In this document: positions 52,810 to 63,343 of the stretch, piece by piece
Layout of the letters: the number at the start of each line of letters is the position of its first letter
How positions within the stretch are numbered: the stretch's first letter is position 1
Origin: an uncultured Gammaproteobacteria bacterium
GTDB taxonomy: Bacteria > Pseudomonadota > Gammaproteobacteria > JACCXJ01
DNA: 64,000 nucleotides
Direction: 5' to 3'
NCBI GenBank assembly: GCA_963764725.1
Contig: CAVXTM010000010.1
Span: 128,001 to 192,000, forward strand
Notes under the pieces: generated by a model
Told to the model about the DNA's origin: nothing
What the model saw: only the letters and a program-made list of their open reading frames with translations
Databases searched by the model: none
Program-made: the position numbers and the translations under genes

Positions 52810-54131
52810 CTGGAACTATGCCCAGCCACTATGCGGAGGAGTTCGCTCGCGCCGAGGCGGGGATGATCGGTGCGGACAGCGGATGGTTCAAGGCCGCGCG
52901 CAGGCGAGCCATGACGCACTTTGACCGGATCGGATTTCCGACCACGAAGGACGAAGAATGGAAATACACCAGTGTCGCTCCGATCGAACGCCGGTCCTTT
53001 CGCCTCGCTGGGCATCCACGGAACGGCCTGGATGTCGCCGAGCTTGATCGGCTGCGGTTGATCGAGGCGCACGAATTGGTATTCGTCAACGGCTATTATT
53101 CGGCCCAGTTGTCGCGGCTTGCGTCCCTGCCGGCGGCAGTGAGCGTCGCGCCCCTGAGCGAGGCGTTGCCACAGGACAGCTTGCAAGAACACATAGAGCG
53201 GCAGGCGGAACAGCCCGGCAACGGGTTTGCGGCACTGAATGCCGCCCTCCTCAGCGACGGCGTGCATATACGCGTCGCCTCCGGGGTCACACTGAAGACA
53301 ATGCTACATCTGCTGTTTATCAGCACCGCGCCGGACGGCCCGACCGCCTCCTTTCCACGGGTATTTATCGAAGCCGGGGCGAACTCACGCGTGCTCATCA
53401 TCGAGCATTACGCCGGCCTCACCCCCGAGGAGTATTTCACCGACGCGCTCACGGAAATTAATGCGGGACCGGGGGCAACGGTCGAACACTACAAGTGGCA
53501 AATGGAGGGTGCGAGGGGTTATCACATCGGTCAGATGCTGGTTCATCAGCAGCGTGAGAGCCGTGTCACCTCCTATTCGGTATCGCTCGGGGCCGCGCTC
53601 GCCCGCCATGATATTGCGGTTAGCCTGGCCGGCGAAGGCGCGGGAGCGAGCTTAAACGGCCTCTATATGGCAGAGGGGCGCCAGCACGTGGATCACCATA
53701 CCAGCATCGATCACCAGCAGCCGCACACAACCAGCGCCGAATACTACAAGGGCGTGCTAGCCGGCCATGCGCGCGGGGTTTTTGACGGCAAGGTCGTGGT
53801 CCGTGAAGGCGCGCAAAAAACCGATGCGTGTCTGACCAATAAGAACCTGCTCCTCTCCGAGCATGCCGAGATGGACACCAAACCCGAGCTTCAGATCTAC
53901 GCCGACGACGTCAAATGCAGTCACGGCGCCACGGTCGGACAGTTGGACGAGGACGCCTTGTTCTATTTGAGATCGCGAGGGATCGAATACTCCCAAGCCG
54001 CAGCGCTTTTGACTTACGCCTTTGCCGATGACGTTGTCGCGCGCATCGCGATCGAACCGATGCGTCACGCGATCGAGCGTCATATCACGGCCCGCTTGCC
54101 CCACGCGGCGCTCGTTAAGGACCTTTTATGA
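52806..54131 (+). CDS. sufD: Fe-S assembly protein SufD
   Basis: EEWKYT, KPELQIYADDVKCSHGATVG. Confidence 0.96.
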   Translation: MTGTMPSHYAEEFARAEAGMIGADSGWFKAARRRAMTHFDRIGFPTTKDEEWKYTSVAPIERRSFRLAGHPRNGLDVAELDRLRLIEAHELVFVNGYYSAQLSRLASLPAAVSVAPLSEALPQDSLQEHIERQAEQPGNGFAALNAALLSDGVHIRVASGVTLKTMLHLLFISTAPDGPTASFPRVFIEAGANSRVLIIEHYAGLTPEEYFTDALTEINAGPGATVEHYKWQMEGARGYHIGQMLVHQQRESRVTSYSVSLGAALARHDIAVSLAGEGAGASLNGLYMAEGRQHVDHHTSIDHQQPHTTSAEYYKGVLAGHARGVFDGKVVVREGAQKTDACLTNKNLLLSEHAEMDTKPELQIYADDVKCSHGATVGQLDEDALFYLRSRGIEYSQAAALLTYAFADDVVARIAIEPMRHAIERHITARLPHAALVKDLL

Positions 54132-55393
54132 GCGCGCCTAGCTATTCGATTACCGCTGCGAACGACGTCGATCATGGGTCGGAGCTCGCGGCCCGGCGTC
54201 AAGACTTTCCGATCTTGGAACGGCGCGTACGCGGCCAACCGCTGGTCTATCTTGACAACGCCGCTACGACGCAAAAACCGCACGCTGTGATAGAGGCGAT
54301 TGCCCGCTATTATCGCGAGTGCAATTCCAATATCCACCGCGGGGTGCATACGCTCAGTCAAGAAGCGACCGAGCGCTTCGAGGAGGCGCGGGTCAAGGTC
54401 CAACGATTTATCCATGCCGCCCACAGCCACGAGATCATCTTCGTGCGCGGCACCACCGAGGCGGTCAACCTGGTGGCGCAGTCTTACGGGCGCCCGCGGT
54501 TGAAGCCCAAGGACGAGATTCTGATCACCGCGATGGAGCATCATTCGAATATCGTCCCCTGGCAATTGCTGTGCGAACAGACTGGGGCGGTGCTCAAGGC
54601 CGTGCCGATGAACGATGCCGGCGAGCTGTTGCTCGATGAGTATCTCAGGCTCCTCGGTTCGCGTACGCGCATGCTGGCGTTAACCCACGTCTCGAACGCT
54701 TTGGGGACCATCAACCCGATCCGGGAAATCATCGGCCACGCGCATGCGTATGGAGTTCCGGTACTGGTCGATGGCGCGCAAGCCGTGGCCCATATACCCG
54801 TGGACGTCCAGGCTCTGGATTGCGATTTTTACGCCTTTTCCAGCCATAAGCTCTTCGGCCCGACGGGAATCGGGGTGCTCTACGGTAAGACCGCGTTGCT
54901 TGAAGCTATGCCGCCCTACCAAGGCGGCGGCGACATGATCAAGAGCGTAACCTTGACTAAGACGCAATTTAACGATCTGCCCTATAAATTCGAGGCGGGA
55001 ACTCCTCACATCGCAGGCGCGATTGGTCTTGGCGCCGCCCTCGATTATGTACAGGAAATCGGTTTCGAGCCGATCGGCCGGCACGAACACGAGCTGCTCC
55101 GATATGCGAGCGAGCGGGTCGCGAGCCTTCCCGGGGCGCGGATCATCGGCACCGCGCGCGAGAAGGCCAGCGTGCTGTCGTTCGTATTGGACGGCATTCA
55201 TCCCCACGATCTCGGCACGGTGCTCGATTGCCAAGGGATCGCCATCCGCACCGGGCATCATTGTGCGATGCCGGTCATGGAGCGCTTCCACGTCCCGGCC
55301 ACTGCGCGTGCCTCGTTTGCCTTCTATAACACTCCCGGGGAAGCCGATCGCCTGTGCGAAGCCCTTCGGGATGCGCAGCGGATGTTAGGGTAA
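54128..55393 (+). CDS. sufS: Cysteine desulfurase SufS
   Basis: YLDNAATTQKP, SSHK, RTGHHCA. Confidence 0.96.
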   Translation: MSAPSYSITAANDVDHGSELAARRQDFPILERRVRGQPLVYLDNAATTQKPHAVIEAIARYYRECNSNIHRGVHTLSQEATERFEEARVKVQRFIHAAHSHEIIFVRGTTEAVNLVAQSYGRPRLKPKDEILITAMEHHSNIVPWQLLCEQTGAVLKAVPMNDAGELLLDEYLRLLGSRTRMLALTHVSNALGTINPIREIIGHAHAYGVPVLVDGAQAVAHIPVDVQALDCDFYAFSSHKLFGPTGIGVLYGKTALLEAMPPYQGGGDMIKSVTLTKTQFNDLPYKFEAGTPHIAGAIGLGAALDYVQEIGFEPIGRHEHELLRYASERVASLPGARIIGTAREKASVLSFVLDGIHPHDLGTVLDCQGIAIRTGHHCAMPVMERFHVPATARASFAFYNTPGEADRLCEALRDAQRMLG

Positions 55394-55839
55394 TGTTCGA
55401 CCTGCGCGCTTTGTATCAAGAGGTCATCATCGATCACAACCGGCATCCGCGTAACTGCCGCCGTTTGGACAGCGCCGATCGGATCGCGGAAGGCTACAAT
55501 CCCCTCTGCGGGGACCGGCTCACGGTGTACGTCAAGCTGCACGAGGGCGTCGTCGAGGATGTTAGTTTTGAAGGTAGCGGATGCGCAATCTCCGTAGCGT
55601 CGGCTTCGTTGATGACCGAGCATATCAAAGGCAAGACCGCACACGAGGTAGACCAGCTTGTCGCGCGCTTTCGCTCCATGGTTACGGACGCAACGCCTAC
55701 CGAAGCGGCGGCCCTTGGAAAGCTCGAAGTTCTTGCCGGGGTGCGCGAATTTCCGGCACGCGTCAAATGCGCGACCTTGGCCTGGCACACCCTCAAGTCG
55801 GCCTTGTCTAATGAGCATAGCACGGTGACTACCGAATAG
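55393..55839 (+). CDS. sufU: SUF-system NifU-family protein SufU
   Basis: NPLCGD, GCAISVAS, RVKCATL. Confidence 0.93.
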   Translation: MFDLRALYQEVIIDHNRHPRNCRRLDSADRIAEGYNPLCGDRLTVYVKLHEGVVEDVSFEGSGCAISVASASLMTEHIKGKTAHEVDQLVARFRSMVTDATPTEAAALGKLEVLAGVREFPARVKCATLAWHTLKSALSNEHSTVTTE

Positions 55840-55845
55840 ACGCAG

Positions 55846-56400
55846 ATGTTTTACAGCAATGATTCCGTCACCCTGAGCCGCGACTGTCAGGCGATTCTCA
55901 TTCCAGCCGGTGATCCGGTGACATTGACGGCCGGGAGTGTCGTTTCCGTCACGCAAGCGCTCGGCGGCAGTTTTACGCTATACGCCGACGGAAACCTGGT
56001 GCGGATCGCGGGCCGTGACGCCGATGCAATCGGCTACGATGCTATTCCAGAACCCGTAGCGTCTCAGGAGGCCGCCACCGACGGGAGTGTCGATGAAGCG
56101 CTGATTTGGGCGCAATTGCGGACCTGTTACGATCCGGAGATCCCCGTCAACATCGTTGACCTGGGCTTGGTGTATGATTGCGGCATCACTCCGCTTGAGG
56201 GTGCCGGCAACCGCGTTGACATTCAGATGACGCTGACCGCACCGGGGTGTGGCATGGGCGAGGTGCTGGTGGAGGACATACGCCAAAAAATCGCCACCGT
56301 CCCAAATGTTAGCGAGGTCGATGTGGCGCTGGTTTTTGATCCGCCCTGGAGCTACGAAATGATGTCGGAGGCCGCCCGGTTGGAAACCGGGATGTACTGA
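55846..56400 (+). CDS. sufT: Fe-S assembly protein SufT (DUF59)
   Basis: DPEIPVNIVDLGLVY, MTLTAPGCGMG. Confidence 0.92.
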   Translation: MFYSNDSVTLSRDCQAILIPAGDPVTLTAGSVVSVTQALGGSFTLYADGNLVRIAGRDADAIGYDAIPEPVASQEAATDGSVDEALIWAQLRTCYDPEIPVNIVDLGLVYDCGITPLEGAGNRVDIQMTLTAPGCGMGEVLVEDIRQKIATVPNVSEVDVALVFDPPWSYEMMSEAARLETGMY

Positions 56401-56406
56401 GAACTT

Positions 56407-56727
56407 GTGTCTACCTGGGTTGATGTGGCACCCGCGGACGAAGTGCCACCGGGCGATCGGCGTGTTGTCAATGTCGATGATACCTTGATCGCGGTTTTCA
56501 ATATTGACGGCGAGTACTTCGCGATTCAGGATCTCTGTACCCATGACGGGGCACCGCTTGCGGGGGGCATTCTAGACAGCGATCAGATCATTTGTCCGCG
56601 TCATGGTGCGCGGTTTTGCGTGAAGACCGGCGCGGCGCTCACCCCGCCCGCCTATGAACCCGTAAGTAGGTATCCCGTGCGCGTCCACGCGGGCGTCATC
56701 CAGGTTTACGGCGATCCCATCGCTTAG
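56407..56727 (+). CDS. Rieske-type ferredoxin
   Basis: CTH...CPRH. Confidence 0.92.
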   Translation: MSTWVDVAPADEVPPGDRRVVNVDDTLIAVFNIDGEYFAIQDLCTHDGAPLAGGILDSDQIICPRHGARFCVKTGAALTPPAYEPVSRYPVRVHAGVIQVYGDPIA

Positions 56728-56863
56728 CCGTCGAATGCTCGGCGCGGTAGAGCGCATGCTGAAATGTCGCAGAACAAAATAAAAGAGTTTAATAATGCAA
56801 AAACACACCTTATAATCTATAGTAACAGCGTGGAGTATCCTATTCTTTATCAAGGATCTGTTC

Positions 56864-57331
56864 ATGATTGTTGAACGTACTTTGTCGATTATCAAACCGG
56901 ACGCGGTCGCGAACAGGCATATCGGCGAAATCCTTGCCCGATTCGAAAAAAACGGTCTCACCGTGGTCGCGCTTAAGATGCTTACCGTGTCGCGGCAGCA
57001 GATCGAGCAGATCTATGGTATTCACGAAGGCCGGCCGTATTATCCGGACCTACTTCAGTTCATGGGCTCGGGGCCTTCGGTGGCAGTCGTGCTTGAGGGC
57101 GAAAACGCCATAGAAAAAAATCGCGCGATCATGGGCAATACCAACCCGGCGCTCGCCGCCCCGGGTACGATCCGGGCCGATTTCGGAACCGCCACGAATC
57201 GCAACGCGGTACACGGTTCGGACGGTCCGCGGACCGCCCGCGCCGAGATCGCAAGCGTATTCGGGTCCGAACAGTTTCAGCTATCCCCGCCGGTAGATGG
57301 TCAACAACGGTACCAATCTGCTCGGACTTGA
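56864..57331 (+). CDS. ndk: Nucleoside diphosphate kinase
   Basis: [27 protein letters not shown]. Confidence 0.96.
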   Translation: MIVERTLSIIKPDAVANRHIGEILARFEKNGLTVVALKMLTVSRQQIEQIYGIHEGRPYYPDLLQFMGSGPSVAVVLEGENAIEKNRAIMGNTNPALAAPGTIRADFGTATNRNAVHGSDGPRTARAEIASVFGSEQFQLSPPVDGQQRYQSART

Positions 57332-58394
57332 TCGCGGCGCCATGGAAGGCTTCTTCGCCGGGCTTGGCGAGAAGTCCTATCGCGCCGGGCAAGTGCTGAA
57401 ATGGCTGCACCAGTCGGGCACCGAGGATTTTGCGGCTATGACCAATTTGGCGAAGCCGCTACGGGCAAAACTACAAGACGTCGCCTCCATCGAATCACCC
57501 GCAATCGTGCGCGACCAGCAGTCGGCGGACGGGACCCGCAAGTGGCTACTGCGGTTGACTGGGGGGCATAGCATCGAGACCGTGTTTATTCCCGAGATGG
57601 ATCGTGGAACGCTGTGCGTGTCCTCGCAAGTGGGATGCGCCCTCGCTTGCAGCTTTTGCGCGACCGGTAAGCAGGGCTTCGATCGTAACCTGAGCCCCGC
57701 CGAGATCATCGGGCAGGTATGGGTCGCCGCCCGAACGCTGGGGCAGGTTCCAAAAGGTCCGCGGACCATCACCAACGTGGTGCTCATGGGGATGGGCGAA
57801 CCGCTTTTGAACTTCACCAACGTGGTCACGGCGATGCAGTTATTGATGGACGATTTTGCCTATGGGCTGTCGCGCTGGCGTATCACCTTGAGCACCGCCG
57901 GGTTGGCGCCAGCCATCGACCGCCTGAAATACGCCTGTCCGGTGAGCCTGGCGGTATCGTTGCACGCACCCAATGATGCGTTGCGGGATGAGCTCGTACC
58001 GATCAACAAGCGCTATCCGATCGACGATCTTTTGGCGGCTTGCCGCCGTTATGCCGACGCCACCGACAGCCGTATTACGTTTGAGTATGTGATGCTCGCC
58101 GGGATCAACGACTCGTCCGCCTGCGCGAGCGAGTTGACGCGGCGGTTACGAGGGATCCCCGCCAAAGTCAACCTTATTCCGTTTAATCCTGTTTCGGGCG
58201 TCGACTACCGGCGATCCTCGCAGGCGACGATCGACAAGTTTCGCGAACGGCTGCTCGATGCGGGGATCCTGGCCATTACGCGCAAGACCCGAGGCGAGGA
58301 TATCGAGGCGGCGTGCGGCCAGTTGGTCGGCCAGTTTATCCCGCGGGCCGCGAGGCACCGCCTGCTGGCCGCCGATCCTGGGGGAGGAGGCTGA
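57297..58394 (+). CDS. rlmN: 23S rRNA m2A2503 methyltransferase
   Basis: [25 protein letters not shown]. Confidence 0.97.
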   Translation: MVNNGTNLLGLDRGAMEGFFAGLGEKSYRAGQVLKWLHQSGTEDFAAMTNLAKPLRAKLQDVASIESPAIVRDQQSADGTRKWLLRLTGGHSIETVFIPEMDRGTLCVSSQVGCALACSFCATGKQGFDRNLSPAEIIGQVWVAARTLGQVPKGPRTITNVVLMGMGEPLLNFTNVVTAMQLLMDDFAYGLSRWRITLSTAGLAPAIDRLKYACPVSLAVSLHAPNDALRDELVPINKRYPIDDLLAACRRYADATDSRITFEYVMLAGINDSSACASELTRRLRGIPAKVNLIPFNPVSGVDYRRSSQATIDKFRERLLDAGILAITRKTRGEDIEAACGQLVGQFIPRAARHRLLAADPGGGG

Positions 58395-58395
58395 T

Positions 58396-59163
58396 ATGAG
58401 CATACGCTGGTGGCTAAGGTTGTGCTGCGCAGCACTGGTACTCTCTGGCTGCGCCACGAGCACGCCCAAGACCGAGGAATCCGAGTCTACTACGCGCAGG
58501 AGGGCGGACAACTATGTTCAGCTTGGCATCGAGTATGCCAAGCAAGGGGACTACAATACTGCTGTTGCCAAGTTGCAGAAAGCCCTAGAAATCGAACCCG
58601 ACTTCGCGGACGCGCATCATGTCATCGCTATGGTTTATAACCGGACCGGTGATAAAGAGCAGGCGGAACAAAATTTCAAACGTGCGCTGGAACTTGATCC
58701 GAAAGATCCGCAAACGCTCAACGACTACGGTTTGTTTTTATGTGCCGAGGGCAAGCATCAGGCAGCGGATGAGCTGTTTGCGCGCGCACTGGCGAACCCC
58801 TCATACGCGACGCCCGAGATCGCGCGCGCCAACGCGGGAGTGTGCGCTGCCCGGGCGCAAAACTATCCCAAGGCCGAGAAGTATTTGCGCGCCGCGTTGT
58901 CTGACAACCCAAAATTACCGACGGCGCTTCTGGAGATGGCGGACATCAGCTTTCGCCTCAACCGCTATCTACCAGCACGGGGTTACTTACAACGCTATCT
59001 GGAGAACGCGCGGCACACCGCGCGCAGTCTGTGGCTCGGGATCCGCATTGAACGTCAACTCGGCGACCGGGATGCGGCCGCCAGTTACGCGTTAGCCTTA
59101 GAATCCAAGTATCCCGATTCCGAAGAAGCTCGTTTGTTCCTAGAAACGGAGGGTCGACGATGA
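58396..59163 (+). CDS. pilW: Type IV pilus pilotin PilW/PilF (TPR lipoprotein)
   Basis: Lipobox LSGC, TPR repeats, LWLGIRIE; synteny. Confidence 0.92.
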   Translation: MSIRWWLRLCCAALVLSGCATSTPKTEESESTTRRRADNYVQLGIEYAKQGDYNTAVAKLQKALEIEPDFADAHHVIAMVYNRTGDKEQAEQNFKRALELDPKDPQTLNDYGLFLCAEGKHQAADELFARALANPSYATPEIARANAGVCAARAQNYPKAEKYLRAALSDNPKLPTALLEMADISFRLNRYLPARGYLQRYLENARHTARSLWLGIRIERQLGDRDAAASYALALESKYPDSEEARLFLETEGRR

Positions 59164-60053
59164 CAGGACCACAACCAAACAACGCGCCGGATAGCCTGAC
59201 TACCGGCAAAAAATTACGACATGCCCGCGAGGCGTTACAGCTAAGCACGGGGGCGATCGCGCACCAGCTTCGTCTCAAACTCGACATCATCGAGGCGATC
59301 GAGGCTGACCGCTGCGACCGCCTTCCGCGGGTCTATTTGAGAGGGCATATCAAGAACTACGCGCACATAGTGGGACTGGATCCCGCGGAGCTTTTCGATG
59401 CTGGCAGTGAGATCGCATCCATTCCCATCGATTTTCAACCCTGTGCTAGTGTTCCGAAATCCCTGCCCTCGACCGGAACACAGGATTACCTAAAGTTCGC
59501 CACCTATCTCATTGTCGGAACACTGGGTGTGCTCATGGCCGCCTCGTGGCGGACCCAAGACGCCGACACACCTTTACTGCAGGAAAGCGCTGTCATCACA
59601 AACATGCCCAGTGCCGAGCTGGCGCCCGAGCTCGCTCTACCGGCGGCGCAGACCAAAGTGACGGCCGAGGTGGCTGTCCCCGCTGAAACACCGCGTCTAA
59701 GCGTCGAGCCTCTGGCGGCAGCGATCGCGCCTCCCGAAGCACCGGTTTATCCGGTAATAGTTACGCCGCTGGAAGACATCGCTCGCGCAGCCACGGAAGA
59801 GCTGCATCGTCTGGTATTCGAGCTATCAGGGGACTCCTGGACTGAAGTCAAGGACGCCGAAGGCGTGAAGCTCTATTCCAAACTTGCAACCGAAGGGCAA
59901 ACCATACGCCTGGGGGGGCGTGCGCCCTTTAGCGTGGTGCTCGGAAACGCGCCGCGCGTGGCGGTGTTTTATAACGGTAGACTGCTTGATATAACGCCTT
60001 GGTCACGCGGAGGCGTGGCACGGTTTAAGGTAGGCGCCGGCGAGCCCCGGTAA
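59160..60053 (+). CDS. rodZ: RodZ-family protein
   Basis: N-terminal HTH, TM segment, DSWTEVKDA...LGNAP. Confidence 0.9.
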   Translation: MTGPQPNNAPDSLTTGKKLRHAREALQLSTGAIAHQLRLKLDIIEAIEADRCDRLPRVYLRGHIKNYAHIVGLDPAELFDAGSEIASIPIDFQPCASVPKSLPSTGTQDYLKFATYLIVGTLGVLMAASWRTQDADTPLLQESAVITNMPSAELAPELALPAAQTKVTAEVAVPAETPRLSVEPLAAAIAPPEAPVYPVIVTPLEDIARAATEELHRLVFELSGDSWTEVKDAEGVKLYSKLATEGQTIRLGGRAPFSVVLGNAPRVAVFYNGRLLDITPWSRGGVARFKVGAGEPR

Positions 60054-60186
60054 GCGCTCGGGTTTCACTTAACCTGGCGGTTAACATCGCCTGCGCGAAG
60101 CGCGGGCGGGGAGGGCCGATGTCGTCGCCTGCAACTCAAGCGTGGGCGTTCGATCCAATCCTAAAGAGCTCCCCAGAAAAAACCCG

Positions 60187-61485
60187 TTGACTGAGCAGAT
60201 GAAAGCCGTGCGGGGCATGAAGGACATCCTGCCCACCGATGCCGTGCGTTGGCGGTATCTGGAGGAAACCGTACGCGCCGTGCTCACAAGCTACGGCTAT
60301 GAAGAGATCCGTCTACCGATCGTCGAGCACACCGCTCTCTTCCGGCGCTCGATTGGTGAGGACACGGACATCGTCGAAAAAGAAATGTATACCTTCGCGG
60401 ATCGCAACGGGGATAGCCTCAGCTTGCGGCCCGAGGGGACCGCGAGCTGCGTACGCGCGGGGCTTGAGCATGGTCTCTTTCATAACCAGATCCAGCGTCT
60501 CTGGTATGCTGGCCCGATGTTTCGCCACGAGCGTCCGCAAAAGGGGCGCTACCGCCAGTTTCACCAGGTCGGTGCCGAAGCTTACGGCATGCTGGGCCCG
60601 GATATCGACGCCGAGATCATCTGCCTCGGTGCGCGCCTGTGGCGGAAGCTCGGGCTCGCGGACATCCGGCTCGAGATCAATACCTTGGGTGATCGCGAGG
60701 CGCGGACAAGCTACCGGCAAGCCCTGTTCGATTACTTTTCCCCGCACGTGGATGAAATCGACGAAGACAGCAAGAACAGACTCCGCGGAAACCCTCTGCG
60801 CTTGCTCGACAGCAAACATCCCGCGATGCAGGATCTTATCGGCCGGGCGCCTAGCTTGATCGGCTACCTTAATTCCGAATCCGAACACCATTTCACCGAG
60901 CTCCGTGGTTTACTCGACGCCGTCGGTATCCAATACAGCGTGAATCCGCGCCTGGTGCGCGGGCTCGATTACTACAACCGGACGGTGTTCGAATGGGTCA
61001 CGCAGCGCCTCGGCGCGCAGGGTACGATTTGCGCCGGAGGACGTTATGATGGCCTGGTGGAAGAGTTTGGCGGCCGCCCTACGCCGGCAATCGGATTTGC
61101 GCTTGGCCTCGAACGCATCGTGGCGTTACTCGAACAAGAGGCCACGCCGGAGGCCGCGCGGCCACATGTCTATCTGATTGCCGTGGGAGAGGAGGCAGCC
61201 GCGGCGGCCTTGCGACTTGCGGAATCCGTGCGGGAAGCCTGGCCCGGGCTGCAGCTGATCGCCAACTGCGGCGGCGGTAGCTTTAAGAGCCAGTTTCGGC
61301 GTGCCGGCAAGAGCCAGGCGCATGTCGCCCTGATCCTAGGGGCGGAAGAAGTCCGCCAGTGCACCGTCGGGATCAAAGCTTTGGAGAAAGAAGGCGAACA
61401 AGTGACAGTTGCGCAACGAGATCTTCAAGGTTGCTTAGGGGAACTTCTGGCGCGGCGTGGTATCGTAGTCGGGCCGGTAAATTAG
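60187..61485 (+). CDS. hisS: Histidine--tRNA ligase
   Basis: [33 protein letters not shown]. Confidence 0.98.
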   Translation: MTEQMKAVRGMKDILPTDAVRWRYLEETVRAVLTSYGYEEIRLPIVEHTALFRRSIGEDTDIVEKEMYTFADRNGDSLSLRPEGTASCVRAGLEHGLFHNQIQRLWYAGPMFRHERPQKGRYRQFHQVGAEAYGMLGPDIDAEIICLGARLWRKLGLADIRLEINTLGDREARTSYRQALFDYFSPHVDEIDEDSKNRLRGNPLRLLDSKHPAMQDLIGRAPSLIGYLNSESEHHFTELRGLLDAVGIQYSVNPRLVRGLDYYNRTVFEWVTQRLGAQGTICAGGRYDGLVEEFGGRPTPAIGFALGLERIVALLEQEATPEAARPHVYLIAVGEEAAAAALRLAESVREAWPGLQLIANCGGGSFKSQFRRAGKSQAHVALILGAEEVRQCTVGIKALEKEGEQVTVAQRDLQGCLGELLARRGIVVGPVN

Positions 61486-61518
61486 GCCTGCTGGCACGAT
61501 CGCATCATCAACCTGGCC

Positions 61519-62178
61519 GTGGAGATCGACGTGGACCCCTACGCATCCGAAAAAGAACAGATTGAGCTTATCAAAGATTGGTGGAAGAGGAACGGAAAGC
61601 CGATCATCGGCGGTCTTTGCATCGGTCTGGGAGCAGTCTACGGGTGGCGGGCCTGGCAGTCTCAGGTGAACACGCGAGCGGATGAGGCTTCAGTGGAATA
61701 CGAAGAGTTGTTAACCCACGTTGCCGAGCATCGGACCGAATCCGCCAACCGTGCCGCGCACAGGCTCATCGAGAGCCACCAGGACAGCCAATACGCGGCG
61801 TTTGCCGCGCTCATGCTGGCCCGCTTAGCGGTCGAGGCCGGTGACGTCGCCAAGGCGAGGGACCATCTGCGGTGGGTGTTGGATCACGCCGGGAAGACCG
61901 AGTTGGAGCGAATAGCGCGTTCGCGCTTAGCGCGCCTTTACCTCGAGGAGGGAAAAGGCGCCCAGGCGGCAAGTGTGTTGGAAGGGCGGGGTAGGGCAGC
62001 CGATTCGGTCCTCCATAAGGAGGCTGAAGGCGATATCCTTCTTGCTCAAGGCAAGATTGAAGCGGCGCGCAAAGCCTATCAAGAGGCGCTGGCGGCCGCT
62101 GGCACCGTGGGTTCGGACCCGTCGTTAGTGCAAATGAAGCTCGATGAGATCGGTGAAGCCGAGGCGTCGCGGCCTTAA
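61519..62178 (+). CDS. yfgM: YfgM-family TPR membrane protein
   Basis: EQIELIKDWWKRNG; synteny. Confidence 0.9.
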   Translation: MEIDVDPYASEKEQIELIKDWWKRNGKPIIGGLCIGLGAVYGWRAWQSQVNTRADEASVEYEELLTHVAEHRTESANRAAHRLIESHQDSQYAAFAALMLARLAVEAGDVAKARDHLRWVLDHAGKTELERIARSRLARLYLEEGKGAQAASVLEGRGRAADSVLHKEAEGDILLAQGKIEAARKAYQEALAAAGTVGSDPSLVQMKLDEIGEAEASRP

Positions 62179-63343
62179 GAGCTTGCTGGTTGCCGGCGTG
62201 ATCGCGTTCCAGTTGCATGGGTGCGGGCTCGGGACCTATGTTTCCGACTTCATGGCCGGTGAGGAGAATACCACGCCTCCCGCGCCCTTGACCGAATTCG
62301 AGCCGACTACCGAGGTCGAGGAACTCTGGTCGGTCGATATCGGAGCAGGGACCGACGAACACTATCTTAAGCTTGCCCCCGCGCTCGCAGGCGAAACGGT
62401 CTTCATTGCCGATCGCGACGGCGAGGTCTATGCGGTCGATATCAATAGCGGCGATACGCTGTGGGAGCAGGATATCGGCGTGCCGGTATCGGGGGGGCCC
62501 GGGATTGCCGAGGAGATGGTCTTGCTAGGGACCCAGGACGGTGAGGTGCTGGCCCTATCGCGATCGGACGGGGCGCTGGTTTGGACCGCTTCGGTATCGA
62601 GCGAAGTGTTATCTCCTCCGGCCGGGGAGGAAGGTATCGTTGTCGTTCGCACCGTGGACGGAAAGCTATTCGGCATCGACGCAGCCAACGGGAAGCGGCT
62701 GTGGACCTACGATCGGCAAGTGCCGGTTCTGACGCTACGCGGGACCAGCGCCCCGATAGTGGTGGCGGGGCTCTGCATCGCCGGCTTCGACAGCGGCGCG
62801 CTGGTTGCTCTCGAGATCGCTACCGGTAAGGTCGCCTGGGAGATACAGATCGCCCAGCCGCGAGGCCGATCCGACCTCGAACGCATGGTCGATGTGGATG
62901 CCGATCTGCTGGTTTTCCGCGATACGCTCTACGTAGCCACCTACCGCGGACGGGTGGCCGCGGTATCGATCGAGAGCGGCCGCGTCGAGTGGGACCAGGA
63001 GCATTCTTCGTATGCCGGAATGGGGGTGGACGCCGATAACCTCTACCTCTCCGATGACGAGAGCATCGTGTGGGCGCTCGATCGCTTCTCCGGTAGCTCC
63101 GTATGGCGGCAGAAAAAATTGCGCGGCCGCGCGGCGACAGCGCCGGCTAGTGCCGGGGACTATGTCGTGGTCGGTGATTTGGAAGGATACCTGCACTGGA
63201 TGCGGAGCGACACCGGCAGGCTCGCCGCCAGGGTACAAGTTGACGATGCGGCGATCATCGTGCCCCCGTTGGTAGTCAACGCCGCCACTGTCATTGCGTA
63301 TAGTTCCTCCGGCACCTTGAGCGCCTATCGCGCCGGCGAGTAA
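62144..63343 (+). CDS. bamB: Outer membrane assembly lipoprotein BamB
   Basis: Lipobox LHGC, PQQ-like repeats, LTLRG, ERMVDVD. Confidence 0.94.
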   Translation: MRSVKPRRRGLKSLLVAGVIAFQLHGCGLGTYVSDFMAGEENTTPPAPLTEFEPTTEVEELWSVDIGAGTDEHYLKLAPALAGETVFIADRDGEVYAVDINSGDTLWEQDIGVPVSGGPGIAEEMVLLGTQDGEVLALSRSDGALVWTASVSSEVLSPPAGEEGIVVVRTVDGKLFGIDAANGKRLWTYDRQVPVLTLRGTSAPIVVAGLCIAGFDSGALVALEIATGKVAWEIQIAQPRGRSDLERMVDVDADLLVFRDTLYVATYRGRVAAVSIESGRVEWDQEHSSYAGMGVDADNLYLSDDESIVWALDRFSGSSVWRQKKLRGRAATAPASAGDYVVVGDLEGYLHWMRSDTGRLAARVQVDDAAIIVPPLVVNAATVIAYSSSGTLSAYRAGE

